A stretch of DNA of 64,000 nt from Octopus vulgaris (Eukaryota): the NCBI GenBank assembly GCA_951406725.2, contig OX597822.1:20460001-20524000 (forward strand), read 5' to 3'. The notes beneath the pieces are model-generated. The model was not told where the DNA came from, searched no databases, and worked only from the letters and a program-made list of their open reading frames with translations. The translations under genes and the position numbers were made by a program. The number at the start of each line of letters is the position of its first letter. The stretch's first letter is position 1. Shown piece after piece: positions 26,312 to 39,082 of the stretch.

Positions 26312-27545
26312 TGTCCTAAAAAGTGTATACACACTTTAACAACTAATAACTTACTGTTCATTTCTTTTTAGATTTAGCCCATTAGAAAGAATAAAAGTAG
26401 CCAAGTTAAGCTTTAAACAAAGGACATTTAATCTAAAATACTATCGGAAGTTTAAAAAATGCAGTCGAATTCCAAAGACAGTTTAAGAGGAGGTTTGAAA
26501 CTTACTACCACTCGAATTAGAGATAAATTTGAAGCAGATGGAACTAAGAGCGACCACAAAAAAGGTTCCAGAGGGCCTCAGATATCGATGAACCGTACAA
26601 ATCAAGGAAGTATATTAAAAACGCTTTGCCAGAGATTAAGAATATCTGTGCGGCAAACGAGACGTGAGATAGAAATTTTGAAACCATGCGTCCATGGCAT
26701 TTCGAAGTATTGTCAGAAAAGTTACGTTCCAAGAATAGGTCATGTTCACAATGAAGATAATCTGGACTGAAGTGAAAAGCTTTGTCTGTAGTACTCGCTT
26801 TCTCTTTTACTCTTTTATTTGTTTCAGTCATTTGACTGCGGCCATGCTGGAGCACCGCCTTTAGTCGAATCAAATTGACCCCAGGACTTATTCTTTGTAA
26901 GCCTAGTACTTATTCTATCGATCTGTTTTGCCGAACCGCTAAGTTACGGGGACGTAGACACACCAGCAACGGTTGTCAAGCGATGTTGGGGGAACAAACA
27001 CAGATACACAACATATACACTCACATGCATATATATATATATATATACGACGGGCTTCTTTCAGTTTCCGTCTACCAAATCTACTCACAAGGCTTTGGTC
27101 GGCCCTAGGCTATAATAAGAGACACTTGCCCAAGGTGCCACGCAGTGAGAATGAACCCTGAACCATGTGGTTGGTAAGCAAGCTACTTACCACACAGCCA
27201 CTCCTGCGCCTACTTGATAAAATGTGCAGAAGATGCCGGTTTTCCACGAAAGATTGTTTGGAGTGGTGTAGCTACTTTCATATGAAATAGCTCAATTAAC
27301 AACTACAATTGCTCCTTACTGGGGATTTGGGTATCCATATATTATGGGTGAACGCCATGTTAACAAGAGTTACAGTACACTACAGTTTATCATCAAAATG
27401 ATTAATTGGACTAGTCTTTTATGGCGGTACTGTGAGTGGTCCCATGTATTTGATGCAGCAATCTGTCATTCCAAGCATTCAAGATGACTTCCAAGATTTG
27501 AATTTATTTCCTGCAAAATGGAACATCCTTTGGCTACAATAATAA
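26310..27545 (+). mobile_element. Decayed IS630/Tc1/mariner transposase (DUF4817-like N-terminus), interrupted by a SINE
   Basis: TRIRDKFEADGT, SVRQT.REI, SYVPRI.HV.NED, then after the SINE KCAEDAGFPRKIVWS, GTVSGPMY, YF.Q.. Confidence 0.65.
26796..27210 (-). mobile_element. Full-length SINE family A with 4-bp TSD (TACT)
   Basis: TACT at 26792-26795 and 27211-27214; tRNA-like head at right end, (CTTTT)-type tail at left. Confidence 0.9.
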
Positions 27546-27546
27546 T

Positions 27547-28438
27547 GTGTCAAGTGAGAGCCAGGATGACAGGATGCACAAAATACGTCCTATCGTTGAT
27601 AAAGTGGATGAATATTTCAGAACAGTGTATGTCCCCACACAGGACATTTGTCAGGACGAAAGTTTGTGGAAATTCAAGGGAAGTCTCCGATTCAAACAAT
27701 ACAACCCGAACAAACGTGCCCGCTTTAGAGTCAAGGTTTATAATGTATGCCAGTCAACTGGCAGATCCTGTGGGTGCACGTGGAATTACAAAATCTACAC
27801 TGGTCAGGATAGATTGGATCTTCCAGCATCTACTCAAGCGTCAATTGATGTGTTACCGCTGAATGAAAACTTGTTTGACAAAGGCTACAATTATTATATG
27901 GACAACTGGTTTTCTAACCCATACCTCTTCATTCAGCTGCAGGCGAGGAGGGCTAATGCCTGTGGAAATGTGAGGACACACAGGAAAAACATGCCGCCTG
28001 ATCTTCACACGATAAAACTTCGAAAGGTGGAAACGGGGTACCGATGCACTGTTTTGAACTCTACCACACTAAAGTCAATTTTTGAATTCAGGTGATAGTA
28101 AATACATGAAGTTGATCTGACTTGTGCTGTCGAGTAATCTTATTCAGGAATAATACCGCACAGAGATATAGTTTAGGTAAATAAACAGTACTTGCACTAA
28201 AGAGGTTGATGTATATGTACGCCGAACGTTATATCGCCCTGAGTGCTGATCTGAATCGGCGCGATTACCGTTGCCTCACGCAGGCAACCGAATGAATCAC
28301 CGCCGTAAACTGGTTAAAGCGGTTGATGTAAATATACGCCGAACCATTGTCGTGTGCTAATTGCTGATCTTAGCCGAGATGATTACCGTCAATGCAACCG
28401 AGCTGCTTGATAAAAAAAAAACTGTTGTCATGGGTTAA
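27547..28438 (+). mobile_element. piggyBac (PGBD4-like) transposase fragment plus 3' terminus
   Basis: ORF 27547-28095 has ICQDESLWKFKG, QYNPNKRARF and YMDNWFS (two catalytic Asp). Two ~118-bp tandem units end in GGTTAA / GGGTTAA. Confidence 0.85.
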
Positions 28439-29500
28439 AAAATGAATGTTTAACGTTTAGAGCGAAGAAAATACAGTTCTGTGTTCAAATATTGCCGAAG
28501 TCGATATCAGACCTAGGCATCTAGGTCTGATAAAATAATGTAGCAGTTAAATACTAGGGTCTTATTATCAGCTCTTTCTTTCTAACCCGACATTTTCAGT
28601 CTTTAATTATGTACAAAATTATTATTCGTTTCATTAAGGACTGGTGTGTGGCACAAATGGTAATAACGCGCTTATACTTTCTGAGTTTACTTCCGCTGCT
28701 GCGGTTGACTTCCCCGCCAACATTTTCGTGTCGATAAACTAAATAAGAGTTAGAATCTATGGCCGGGAACTATCAGATCTGTGGCTGCTAGAAATCAGTT
28801 TGATTTTCCTCTGATTAAGGCTGAGATTGATTTAATCGCTTATATGTTGCCCTACGAGTTTGAAATCATGTGCCAAAGTTAGACATCTATTTTCCTCATT
28901 ACCATTATTTCTCTTCCTTCTGCTCGATATATATAACTACAATGAAATTTGACAATATCGCTTCTCTATACATGCATGGCCTAGTGCTGATATAACAAAC
29001 CATTATTCTCTCCGCTATCGATGAAAGAATTAGCATTACACTAACTCAATTTACTTCACAGAATTCTTTCATTACAGGAAAGAATTTCGAGTTTATTGAA
29101 AAGGAAATACAATTCTGTTTACCTCTACAGCGTCAACATCCTGAGACATGGAACTAAGGACAAAATAATGTATGACTAATATGTTTCAGACGATACAAAT
29201 ATCAAAACACATCACATACGTATACATAGAAGACAAAAATCGATACATGTATGATCAATACTGAATGTAGATAAGAATAAATAAATAAATAGGACAGGTG
29301 TGTGTTTAACCATAGTTTTTGATCTTATAGCCAGGAGGAGAGATAGTTGCCATGATTTTTAGAGCGCTTTCAAGACCGTCGAGAATTATCCTTTTATTAA
29401 CATGGGGTCAATAAAATAGAATATTGGTCAAATTCTAGGGACGGTGGTACCCACAAACCACGTCCCTTCAAAATTGATGGTCATGTGTCTAAATTAGAAG

Positions 29501-29584
<84 letters not shown>

Positions 29585-29594
29585 TATTATTATT

Positions 29595-29810
29595 GAGTGA
29601 GAGAGCAGTGCAAGCCATCAAAGTGACACTGGGGTAAGATATACGAAGCCCAGTATAATCATCATGACTAGCCGTCTGATAAGGATACACTAGGCACATG
29701 TATCACAACCACATGTGTGCGACATGATGATCTCACTATCAAGATAAACAGCAAATGACTTTGCAGGTGGGGCCCAGTTAGAATTTTCTTCTGTTCGAGT
29801 ACCCCATCTC
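29595..29810 (-). mobile_element. 560-bp element, 5'-truncated copy 4
   Basis: Matches the left ~215 bp of copies 1 and 2; (ATT)n at left. Confidence 0.85.
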
Positions 29811-31170
29811 GAACAGGCTAGCGATACCGTCATGGGAGGTTATGAAGCAGATAGAAGGGACGGTCTGGGGATAGTGGACATCGATACATTGATGGAGAAA
29901 GAAATGACAGAAAAATTTAAGGTGGAGTACTTACGCAGACTGAGACTAATACTTAAGTCGAAATTAAACGGACGGAACAAGATTGAAGCTATCAACACTG
30001 GAGCGGTTTCACTACTTAGATATGGAGCAGGGGTAATCGCATAGAGAGGAGTCGAACTAAACAGCTTAGACAGATAGACAAGGAGGTTGCTAAACTGATA
30101 TGGGTCACTGCACCCAAAAAGTTACACAGACAGACTGTATGTACCAAGAAAAAGAGGGGGAAGAGGACTTATTGGATGCAAACACAGTATTAGGGCAGAT
30201 GAAAACAACATAGCATGGTATATAAAAATGCCACAGAACTGTTATTATTGGAAGTAAGAAGGTCAGGCTTGTGTAGGGTGGAAGATTACAAAGATAAAGC
30301 ACTGTACAAGCACTTGTGAATGAATGAAACTCAAAATAGATGGATAAAGAAAAGGACAATTTCATAGGGATGTTGAAGATAAAATAGAGAGAAAAGATGG
30401 CTATGGATGACTAAAATGTCTTAAAACCGAAATGGAGGCTCTAATCTGTGTTGCCCAAGAGGAAGCATTAAGAACTAATTGCATCAAATACAGAATAGAT
30501 AACACCTCAGAAAGTGATAAGGGCAGAATTTCTTGACAAAATGGTGAAACCGTGTGGCCTATTATCAATCAATGCACTCCACTAGCCCAGAAAGAATATA
30601 AAAGACGTCATGGACACTTTGCAACATGCATGGACTTGACAGAGCAAACAAGTATGGACTTGACAGTGGTGCGAACATAAGCCCGAAGGCATCATCGAAA
30701 AGGATAATGCAAAGATCCTATGGGATTTTATGATCCAATGCAACAATGTGACAGAGAATAGGAAACCAGACATAGTATTAATTGAGAAAGAAAGCAAACG
30801 ATGCTGGATCATAGATATAGCATGCCCAGCTGACAACAAGGTACGGGATAAGGAAGAAAGAAAAGTCGATAGATATAACAGGTTAGCTTGGGAGGTTAAG
30901 CAGTTGTGATCGATGAAAAAGGTGGTAGTAGTACCAATAATTGTCGGAGCCCTGAGAACAGTGAGTAAAAATCTTGACAAGTACATGTTACGAATAAAGA
31001 CAGCAATAAGGATGGAACACTTACAGAAAACAACACTGCTTGGAACCGCTTGAATACTCCGGATGGTATTTGAAAAATAAGAGGTGTTACCTTAGTTCAC
31101 TGGTAGTGATCAGCTGACACCGTTGTACATCTCCAGCGTTAGAAGTTATGCAAAGACAATAAAATAATAA
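29811..31170 (+). mobile_element. 5'-truncated R4/Dong-clade LINE (RT thumb, CCHC, PD-(D/E)xK RLE, 3'UTR, AAT tail)
   Basis: EYLRRLRLILKSKLNGRNKIEAIN, DRLYVPRKRGGRGL, KILWDF.IQ, RKPDIVLI...IIDIACP, VPIIVGAL, LQKTTLLGTA. Confidence 0.9.
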
Positions 31171-31764
31171 TGCTTTTTCTGAAGTGTTTGATTTTTCAGA
31201 TGGAGTAAATTCCACAAAGATAGTGCAGAAGATGCAGTGATAGGCGAAAACATTTTTCAAAACTAAATTCTTTATTATACACGTGTCATTAGTTTTAACT
31301 TAAAAGATACTATCTATTCTTTTTTTATTTTTGCGTCAAAAAGTTTTAAAAATTTGTAAGTAAAGAATTTGAAGGCATTAATCTATAGTTTTATTCTGTT
31401 ATAGATAATTATAGTATATTATACAACTATTCTGTGGTAACGCTTTAGCAAATCTTAATACATTGTACTACAGCCTTATTTTCATATCAATTGAAAAGTG
31501 CCAAAGGCGAGCTTGAAGCACTGTACTGGTGAAAGAAGTACAGTACCAGCTTTATTGAGCTGTGGATTTTGAAAAAACTATATACTAGTAACATATATAA
31601 ATATCATGCTTTATGTAGATCCTCATTTACCAGTAAATTACCTTTCTAATAATATAAGTTATATATTTCTATAATAGATTTTGTCTTAGATTCCTTTTCA
31701 TAGTTAAAGCATTACGTAAGTATAATACAACAATGATATAAAGTATTATTGCTACTAGTAGGAC

Positions 31765-31915
31765 GTCGAGCTGGCGGAAGCGTTAGCACGCCGGACAGAA
31801 TGCTGAGTGGCACTTCTGTCTCTGAGTTCAAGTACCAGTTGACCACTGAGGTCGATGAAATCGACCCATCTCCTATCCTGAAATTTCTGGTTTTGCGCCA
31901 AAATTTGAAATTACT
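31765..31915 (+). mobile_element. SINE family B, deleted copy
   Basis: cgagctggcggaagcgttagcacgccgg...ctgagttcaag...aagtaccagttg. Confidence 0.6.
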
Positions 31916-32311
31916 ATTATTACAGAATTTGAAAATAATATTCTTTCAATTTTTTTTTAAGTTTCTCCGATGTGGATTCTGTTATTATCTTTCCGTAATC
32001 GATAAATAAAGTCCGAAAATAAATTGTCAGTTGAATCGATTTTGCTATTTTCCGAAATTTTTAATAATATATGTGTATACTATAAATCATCATTATCATT
32101 GATTAATATTATTAAATGCATGGGGCACAATCTTAACAATTTCCGTAAATTTGGCAAATTAAAGATATACAAACTTCTTGCAGTTCTAATCTGAAAGATT
32201 TTCTGCTTCATTTTATTCGAAAATTTGTGAGTGTATGTGTGTCTGTATGTGTGTGCACGCGCGGAGCAGAGCGACTGTACACACACGCACACATACATAT
32301 ACATACATTTA

Positions 32312-32369
<58 letters not shown>

Positions 32370-32630
32370 ATATGCTGATTAACATTAGAGTATACGCTAG
32401 AGTTTTCAATAACACTCTTGGCAAATAATGTCTGCAATACAATTTCTATTCGCGTTTGAAGCTATTTCAACTCTTCTGTACGCCGCGGGTTTCTCTTATT
32501 TTTTAAAAAGATTATCTAATTTATTTTTATTTAGCTTTGTTTTAATTTATTGAATATGCATTTTTGATCATGGCTATAATATTACGTGATAAAGTTTTAA
32601 GTTTTTATAATTAACATATCGGGAAAGAAA

Positions 32631-33452
32631 TCTCTATATATAAAACTGAACCTGTGCGTCTGTGTGTGTGTCTGTGTGTTTAACCTCCCGGCACATCTCC
32701 TCCTAGCCAACAAATCGTAGAACCACCAAAAATGGGTCACTTAAAGTTTAGGCGAATGAAAATTGAACTGCGCTATTTCTGTTTCGAAATTCATCTCGCA
32801 AGTGCAAAAATCGATAATGTGTTTGTTTAGGCCTTATCCTATGCATTGAATAGTGAACTTTACTCAGTCAGCTGTTTGACGTGAACTGTGTTCACCACGC
32901 GTGCAAGCATGCGTAAATTGCATGAAAAATAAAAAATCAAGATATAAAAACGAATCGCCGTAAACATTATAGAAATTCGGCAAAGAAATGAATTTTCGGG
33001 ATGTAGCCTGGAGGGTTTTTTCGTATTAATCGTTTGGACTTTGTGAACACACACCAATTGTTTTCATAACATTTTTAACACTTTGAATTAAATGTGACCA
33101 TTTTGCGTTGAGTCTGCAGTTTGAATCACTTTAACCAAATTTTAGCAGGCCGGATTTTTGATCATCACGATACATCGGCAGCGACTCCCTGAAACTCTCC
33201 CCTGAAATCCCCGTTGAGAAAAACTGATCTAAAAGAATAATTCAACAATACAATTATTTGATCAGAAAAATTTATGAAATGCTTCTACGTACTTCCTATT
33301 GAGGAAATGGAACACATAAGCGCAAAAATAGAGGGCATTAAATGCTTGATTTTAAAACCCAAATAATTGAATTTTGATTGAACTTCATCAAAGTTTAGTT
33401 TAATTCCCGCGTGCATAGAACGCACAAGCGCACGAGCCGGGCAATACTGCTA
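32631..33452 (+). mobile_element. Non-autonomous Helitron-like element
   Basis: 5' TCtctatatataaaactg plus (GTGT/GTCT) tract; 3' gccgggcaatactgcta resembles the CTAG-type end seen at 45139-45167. Confidence 0.5.
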
Positions 33453-33789
33453 TATTTTCTCATATATTACCACTTTTTTACATTCCTTTCATGCTTTCCA
33501 CAGTTTCCTGCATTTTTGTTCTCCTTTCCGTCTTTCTTCCCTCTCTGGATGTCCATACTCTGTTTCCTCTGCCTGCACCCCCTTTTTTTGCCTCCCCCTC
33601 TCTCTGCTTCCCTTCTTTCTTTCCCTTTTCCGTTTGCCCCGTCTTTTCTGCCCCTATCGCTTACTTATCTAGTTTTTTCATACGATTATTATTTTTTTGT
33701 TTTTTTGAACGTTTGTTTTTTCCCCTTTTTTTCTATTTTTTTCATACGATATTTTTTTGTTTTTTGTTTTTTTTTTGTTTTTTCGAACG

Positions 33790-34190
33790 TTTACTCTTAC
33801 TCTTTTACTTGTTTCAGTCATTTGACTGCGGCCATGCTGGAGCACCGCCTTTAGTCGAGCAAATCGACCCCGGGACTTATTCTTTGTAAGCCCAGTACTT
33901 ATTCTATCGGTCTCTTTTGCCGAACCGCTAAGTGACGGGGACGTAAACATACCAGCATCGGTTGTCAAGCAATGCTAGGGGGACAAACACAGACACACAA
34001 ACACACACACACACATATATATACATATATACGACAGGCTTCTTTCAGTTTCCGTCTACCAAATCCACTCACAAGGCATTGGTCAGCCCGGGGCTATAGC
34101 AGAAGACACTTGCCCAAGATGCCACGCAGTGGGACTGAACCCGGAACCATGTGGTTGGTTAGCAAGCTACTTACCACACAGCCACTCCTG
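33790..34190 (-). mobile_element. Young full-length SINE family A
   Basis: Near-identical to 26796-27210; intact A/B boxes on the minus strand. Confidence 0.9.
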
Positions 34191-34221
34191 ATTTTTGTTT
34201 GTTTTTTTCCGCTATCCCATC

Positions 34222-36500
34222 ATGCCGGATCCTAGGTCCTACCTCCTCACCCTCCATCATCGTTTGAAGGATCATCTCCGTTCTCTTCCTGTATATTGCC
34301 TTCAGCCGTCCGTTAATCTCTCTCTACTTCTTTTTAAAAAACCCGCTTCTCTAGCCATGTCTCTTTCCTAAGCCGCTGCCTACATCACCGACTCATCCCT
34401 AAAGGTTTCCGCCTCCACTTCCACCCTGCTCTCCACTCGGATTCTTCCATCTTACCCATACTCCGCACCACATCTTACCGCCTTATGCGGGCCACCATTC
34501 GCTCCAATCTCTCTAAACTACATGCCATCAACCGCCTTCTTCCTCCTGCTTTCTCCACCTTCTTCTCCTCTCTGCCGCCTCTCTATGCTCCAAACACGCT
34601 ACGCTTCATTATCCATTTGAATCAACTCTTCCATCAATTTCTTTCTGATACCAAACTTCGTAAACTCCAATCACTCTTCCATTCCACCCTACCCGACGCC
34701 ACTACCCCAACTCCTCCACCACCCTTCTCCCCTCCCGATAGGCTCCATCCACCCACACCTAACCCCCCTGCCCCTCCCTACAACCCCGTCTCCCCTCCCG
34801 GTAGGCTCCCTCCACCTACACCTAATCCTACTGCCCCCCCCCAACCCGCCCCCCACGCACCTCCCCAATCCCTCCCCCTCAGACCTCCACGAGACCTACC
34901 ACCCCTCCTACTTCTATTCCACGTACCCCACGTACCCCCACCATTTACTTCCTCCCCAAAATCCACAAACCCAACAACCCTGGCCGCCCCATCGTCTCCG
35001 CCTGTAACTGCCCCACGGAGCTCATCTCTAAATACCTCGACCGTGTCCTTGCCCCCCTAGTGGCATCTCTTCCCTCCCACATCCACGATACCAACCATGC
35101 TCTCCGGCTTTTCAACTCTTTCTCCTTTCCTCCCGGCTCCTCCAAAATCTTTTTTACTATGGATATCCAAAGCCTCTATACTGTTATCCCTCACCACGAA
35201 GGACTGCAGGCCCTTCGACACTTTCTTGACCTCCGCTCTAACCCTGTACCTGACACCTCCACACTCATTCGTCTGGCCGAACTTGTCCTTACTCTGAACT
35301 GCTTCTCGTTCGCGGGCGAGTTCTACCATCAGGTCTCGGGAGTGGCCATGGGAACGCGAATGGGCCCCAACTATGCGAACCTGTTCGTTGGCTATGTTGA
35401 GGCCCAAATATTCTCTAATTTCACCGGTCCCACTCCTGAACTATATGGTCGTTACATTGACGACATTATCGGTGCCACCTCACTCTCCCGTGAACATCTA
35501 GATTCCTTCCTCTCTTTCGTCCAATCTTTCCATCCAGCCCTCCACTTCCCTTCTACTATCTCCAACACCTCTGTCTCCTTCCTCGACATTTCGGTTAGCA
35601 TTCTTCACTCCACTCTTACCACCTCCATTCACTACAAACACACAGACTCACACTCATACCTCAACTTCTCTTCCTCCCACCCAGAACACACCAAGCTTTC
35701 CATCCCCTATTCCCAATTCCTCCGTCTACGTAGGCTCTGTAGTGACGACCATGACTTTGAGACTCAGTCTCAACGTATGGCTCACCACTTCACCCTACGT
35801 GGATACCCCCTCACCACTATCCACACCGCCCTTGCCAGAGCACGGTCCGTGGACCGTGTATCTGCTCTCTCTCCCCGAACCCGCTCTGTAGACTCCGCCT
35901 CCCTTTTCCCCTCACTTACCACCCCCCGACCCTACCTCTCCAACGCACCATTCTTCGAGCTTTCCGTCATCTCCAGTCCGACCCGTCCACTTCACACCTC
36001 TTCCCTAACCGACCCCTCCCCTCTTTCAAACGAGCCCACAACCTTCGAGACCTTTTGGTCCATAGCTCCTTCCCTGACCCTACCTCCCAACCCGGCTCGT
36101 TCCCCTGTTCCCGCCCACGTTGCCGCACTTGCCCTTACCTCTCCAACACCACCCTCCTCACTAGCACCCACCATCGACCCTATCCCATCATCCACTCCTT
36201 CACCTGCACCTCCAGCAATATTATCTATTGCGTCTCTTGCTCTCTCTGCCATTCCTTGTACATCGGACAAACGGGACGCCGCTTGGCTGACCGGTTCGCG
36301 GAACACCTTCGTGACATCCACCTTGCGAACGACACACCGGTCTCACGCCATTTCCGCTCCACCGGTCAGTCCTTGCAACACCTATCTGTGTTCGGTTTGT
36401 CCTTACACAGAGGCCGTCCGGATTCCCGTTTGCGCCGTGAACAGGAATTAATCTTCTCTCTTCGCTCTTATACGCCATTTGGTCTCAACTCTCCCCCCTC
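34222..36500 (+). pseudogene. Penelope-like RT-GIY-YIG polyprotein, frameshifted and internally deleted
   Basis: HVSFLSRC..RLIPKGFRL; YFLPKIHKPNNPGRPIVS; MDIQSLYT; GVAMGTRMGPNYAN; GRYIDD; CSRPRCRTC; IIYCVSCSLCHSLYIGQTGRRLADRFAEH; REQELIFSL...PFGLN. Confidence 0.92.
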
Positions 36501-37140
36501 CTCATCTAACCCCCCTCTCCCCCTCCTCACCTATCCTTCCCCCCGACCCCTACTTCTCCAGTCTTTCATCCTTTCACCCCTACTCCCCTTCCCTTCTTCC
36601 CTCTTTCTCCCTCCCTCCTTCCCTCTGCTCCCCCCTTCTCTCTCCCCCTCTCCCTCTTTTCTCCTTCCTCCCCCTCCACCCCTTCCTTCTCCCCCTCCTC
36701 TCCTCTTCCCCTCTCTCCTCCCCCTCTTCTTCCCCTCCACTTCTCCTCCCCTCTTCTCCCCCTCCCCTCTTCTCACTACACCACACGACTTTACACATCA
36801 CATCATATATGATGTGCCATACTAATACATACACCAACTAATACATACTAATACATACTAATACATACACCAATCCTATACATACACACGTCCAGACCCC
36901 TCATACGCACTTATACTCTCTCATACACACACACACACACTTATACATACTAATACGTACTAATACATACTAATACATACTAATACATACACCAACCCCA
37001 TACATACGCACGTCCAGACCTATCCTACGCACTAATACTCTCTCATACACACACACACACATACACACACCCTTATACATACTAATACATACTAATACAT
37101 ACACCAACCCTATACATACACACGTCCAGACCTCTCCTAC
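36490..37140. repeat. Polypyrimidine tract and ATACATACTA-based minisatellite in the PLE 3' region
   Basis: Nearly pure C/T at 36490-36775; three ~120-bp units with cacgtccagacc at about 36890, 37012 and 37124. Confidence 0.8.
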
Positions 37141-37317
37141 GCCTTAATAGCTGGTCATTCAACCCTATTATCAATCCTATTATCTCCCCTTATTTCGCTC
37201 TCGCGTCTCATGTTTGATCTTTGACCTCTGGCCGAAATCAGATCGCCATGTTGATTCGTTAGTTACTGCACGCATTTTTTTCTCTCCTTCTTTCTGTGTT
37301 TTTTTTCTCTCTGTGTA

Positions 37318-37355
37318 TCTTTCTGTTGAAGAGCGTAGGCTCGAAACGTTAAAGA
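37318..37355 (+). ncRNA. Minimal type-I hammerhead motif at PLE 3' end (A6U core variant)
   Basis: TCTTT-CTGTTGA-A-GAGC-GTAG-GCTC-GAAAC-GT-T-AAAGA. Confidence 0.75.
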
Positions 37356-37455
37356 CTTGTTTTATTTATATTTCCTGAGCGCCATACTAATACAATTGTT
37401 TGTTTGTTTTCCACCTGCCTTCGTCTTTTGTCTATTTTCATAAAGCTTCCCGTTA

Positions 37456-39080
37456 TAGTTGCGGCCAAAATGTTCAGAACGGCATTGTTTTCGTCAGAAA
37501 AGTAGGTATAAATTTTTATCAAAGTTGTTTTATATTCTATAATTTTCACAGACAATAAATACAATATTAATTGTTATTGTCTGAGCTTTTGGTGTAATTT
37601 GAGAGGATAATACAAAAGTTATGGATGATTTAGTGATTTACTGCAAAACCAATGGCGGCCAAAATGATGAGAACGGTTGAAAAAATAACAAAATAATCAA
37701 AAATGACAGAGAATACTGGAATTATTTAATATTTAGTGTGAAGCCCTTTAGCTTCAATCACACTCTGACGTTTTCGACTGCATGAGGAAATTAAATTTTC
37801 AATTTCTTGCTGGGTGATCTTATTCCATTCTTCCTGAAGGGCATTCCATAATTGCTCAGTTGTTTTAGGATTTCTGGCTTTCGAACGTTCTAGAATATTC
37901 CACACATTTTCAATAGGATTGAGATCTGGGCTTTGAGCTGGCCAATCCATGACAATAACCTTTTCAGCCTTGAGGAAGTTCATGACCACCTTAGCCTTGT
38001 GACATGGGGCATTGTCCTGCATGAATATGGGTGGTCGCTTAGTTGAATTTCTCAGCACAGGCAAGACATGATCTTTTACAAGTTGTTTATAAACTCCTAC
38101 ATTTAACTTTTCATGTAATCGCACCAAAGGGCCCACACCATCTCCAGATATCATCCTTCAAACCATAATACTTCCTCCACCGAATTTAACACTAGTCTTA
38201 AGGCATTTAGGCAACAATTTTTCACCTACTTTTCTACGAAAGTACCTTTTCCCATCTGAGCCAAATAGCATAAACTTAGATTCATCACTGAAATGCACCG
38301 TTTGCCATTTTTCTTGAGACCACAACACATGTTCGGTTGCAAAGGTAAGACGACACTTTTTATTATTGGAGCTGATCAGTGGCTTCACTGCAGGTGCTCT
38401 TGCTTGTAGATCATGTTCAACTAAACGACGAGACACGGTTTTTCGAGATAAAGTTTTCTTCAATACAATGCTCATTTTCCGAGAAACAGCAACAGCAGTT
38501 TTAAATCTGTCCTTTTTAACCAACTTTACCATAGCACGATCTTCTCTCTTGGTCGTTTTTCTTGGCCTACCTGTAAACTTTCTTGCTCACACGAACCACA
38601 ATCATCGTAGACCTTAAGAATACCGTGTACAACACTTTTTGACTTGCTAACAATATTTGCAATAGATCCAATACTTAAATTATGCGTCCTTCGAAGCTTA
38701 ATAATCTGCTGACGTATTGGTAACGGAGTAAGTGGCATTATATTAACAAAGTACACTGCAAATATTCTTACTAATGTTTAGTAAACGAACCGTCACGTAA
38801 ATAAATTCAAAACATGAGAGTTCGCCGGTTAAATATACTAAAACACGGAGTAAAAGCAACCGTTCTGATCATTTTGGCCGCCATGGGTTTTGCAGTAAAT
38901 CACTAAATCATCTATAACTTTTGTATTATCCTCTCAAATTACACCAAAATCTCAGGCAATAACAAATAATATTGTATTTATTGTCTGTGAAAATTATAGA
39001 ATATAAAACAACTTTGATAAAAAATTATATCTACATTTCTGACGAAAACAATGCCGTTCTGAACATTTTGGCCGCAACTG
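37456..39080 (-). mobile_element. Full-length Tc1 transposon, IR/DR type, TA TSD
   Basis: ~220-bp TIRs (37456-37678 / 38858-39080), each with two gcggccaaaatg.t.agaacgg direct repeats; TA on both sides. Confidence 0.95.
37726..38738 (-). pseudogene. Tc1 DD34E transposase (one frameshift near 38590, one stop near 38158)
   Basis: GRPRKTT, FSDESKF, KFGGGSIMV*, QDNAPCH-(34 aa)-E in SPDLNPIENVW, ends GLHTKY. Confidence 0.93.
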
Positions 39081-39082
39081 TA

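Larger units (their letters stand above)
33455..37453 (+). mobile_element. Penelope-like retroelement, probably Neptune clade
   Basis: RT + GIY-YIG ORF with Cys-rich linker; pyrimidine-rich UTRs; 3' HHR; 5' boundary uncertain. Confidence 0.85.
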
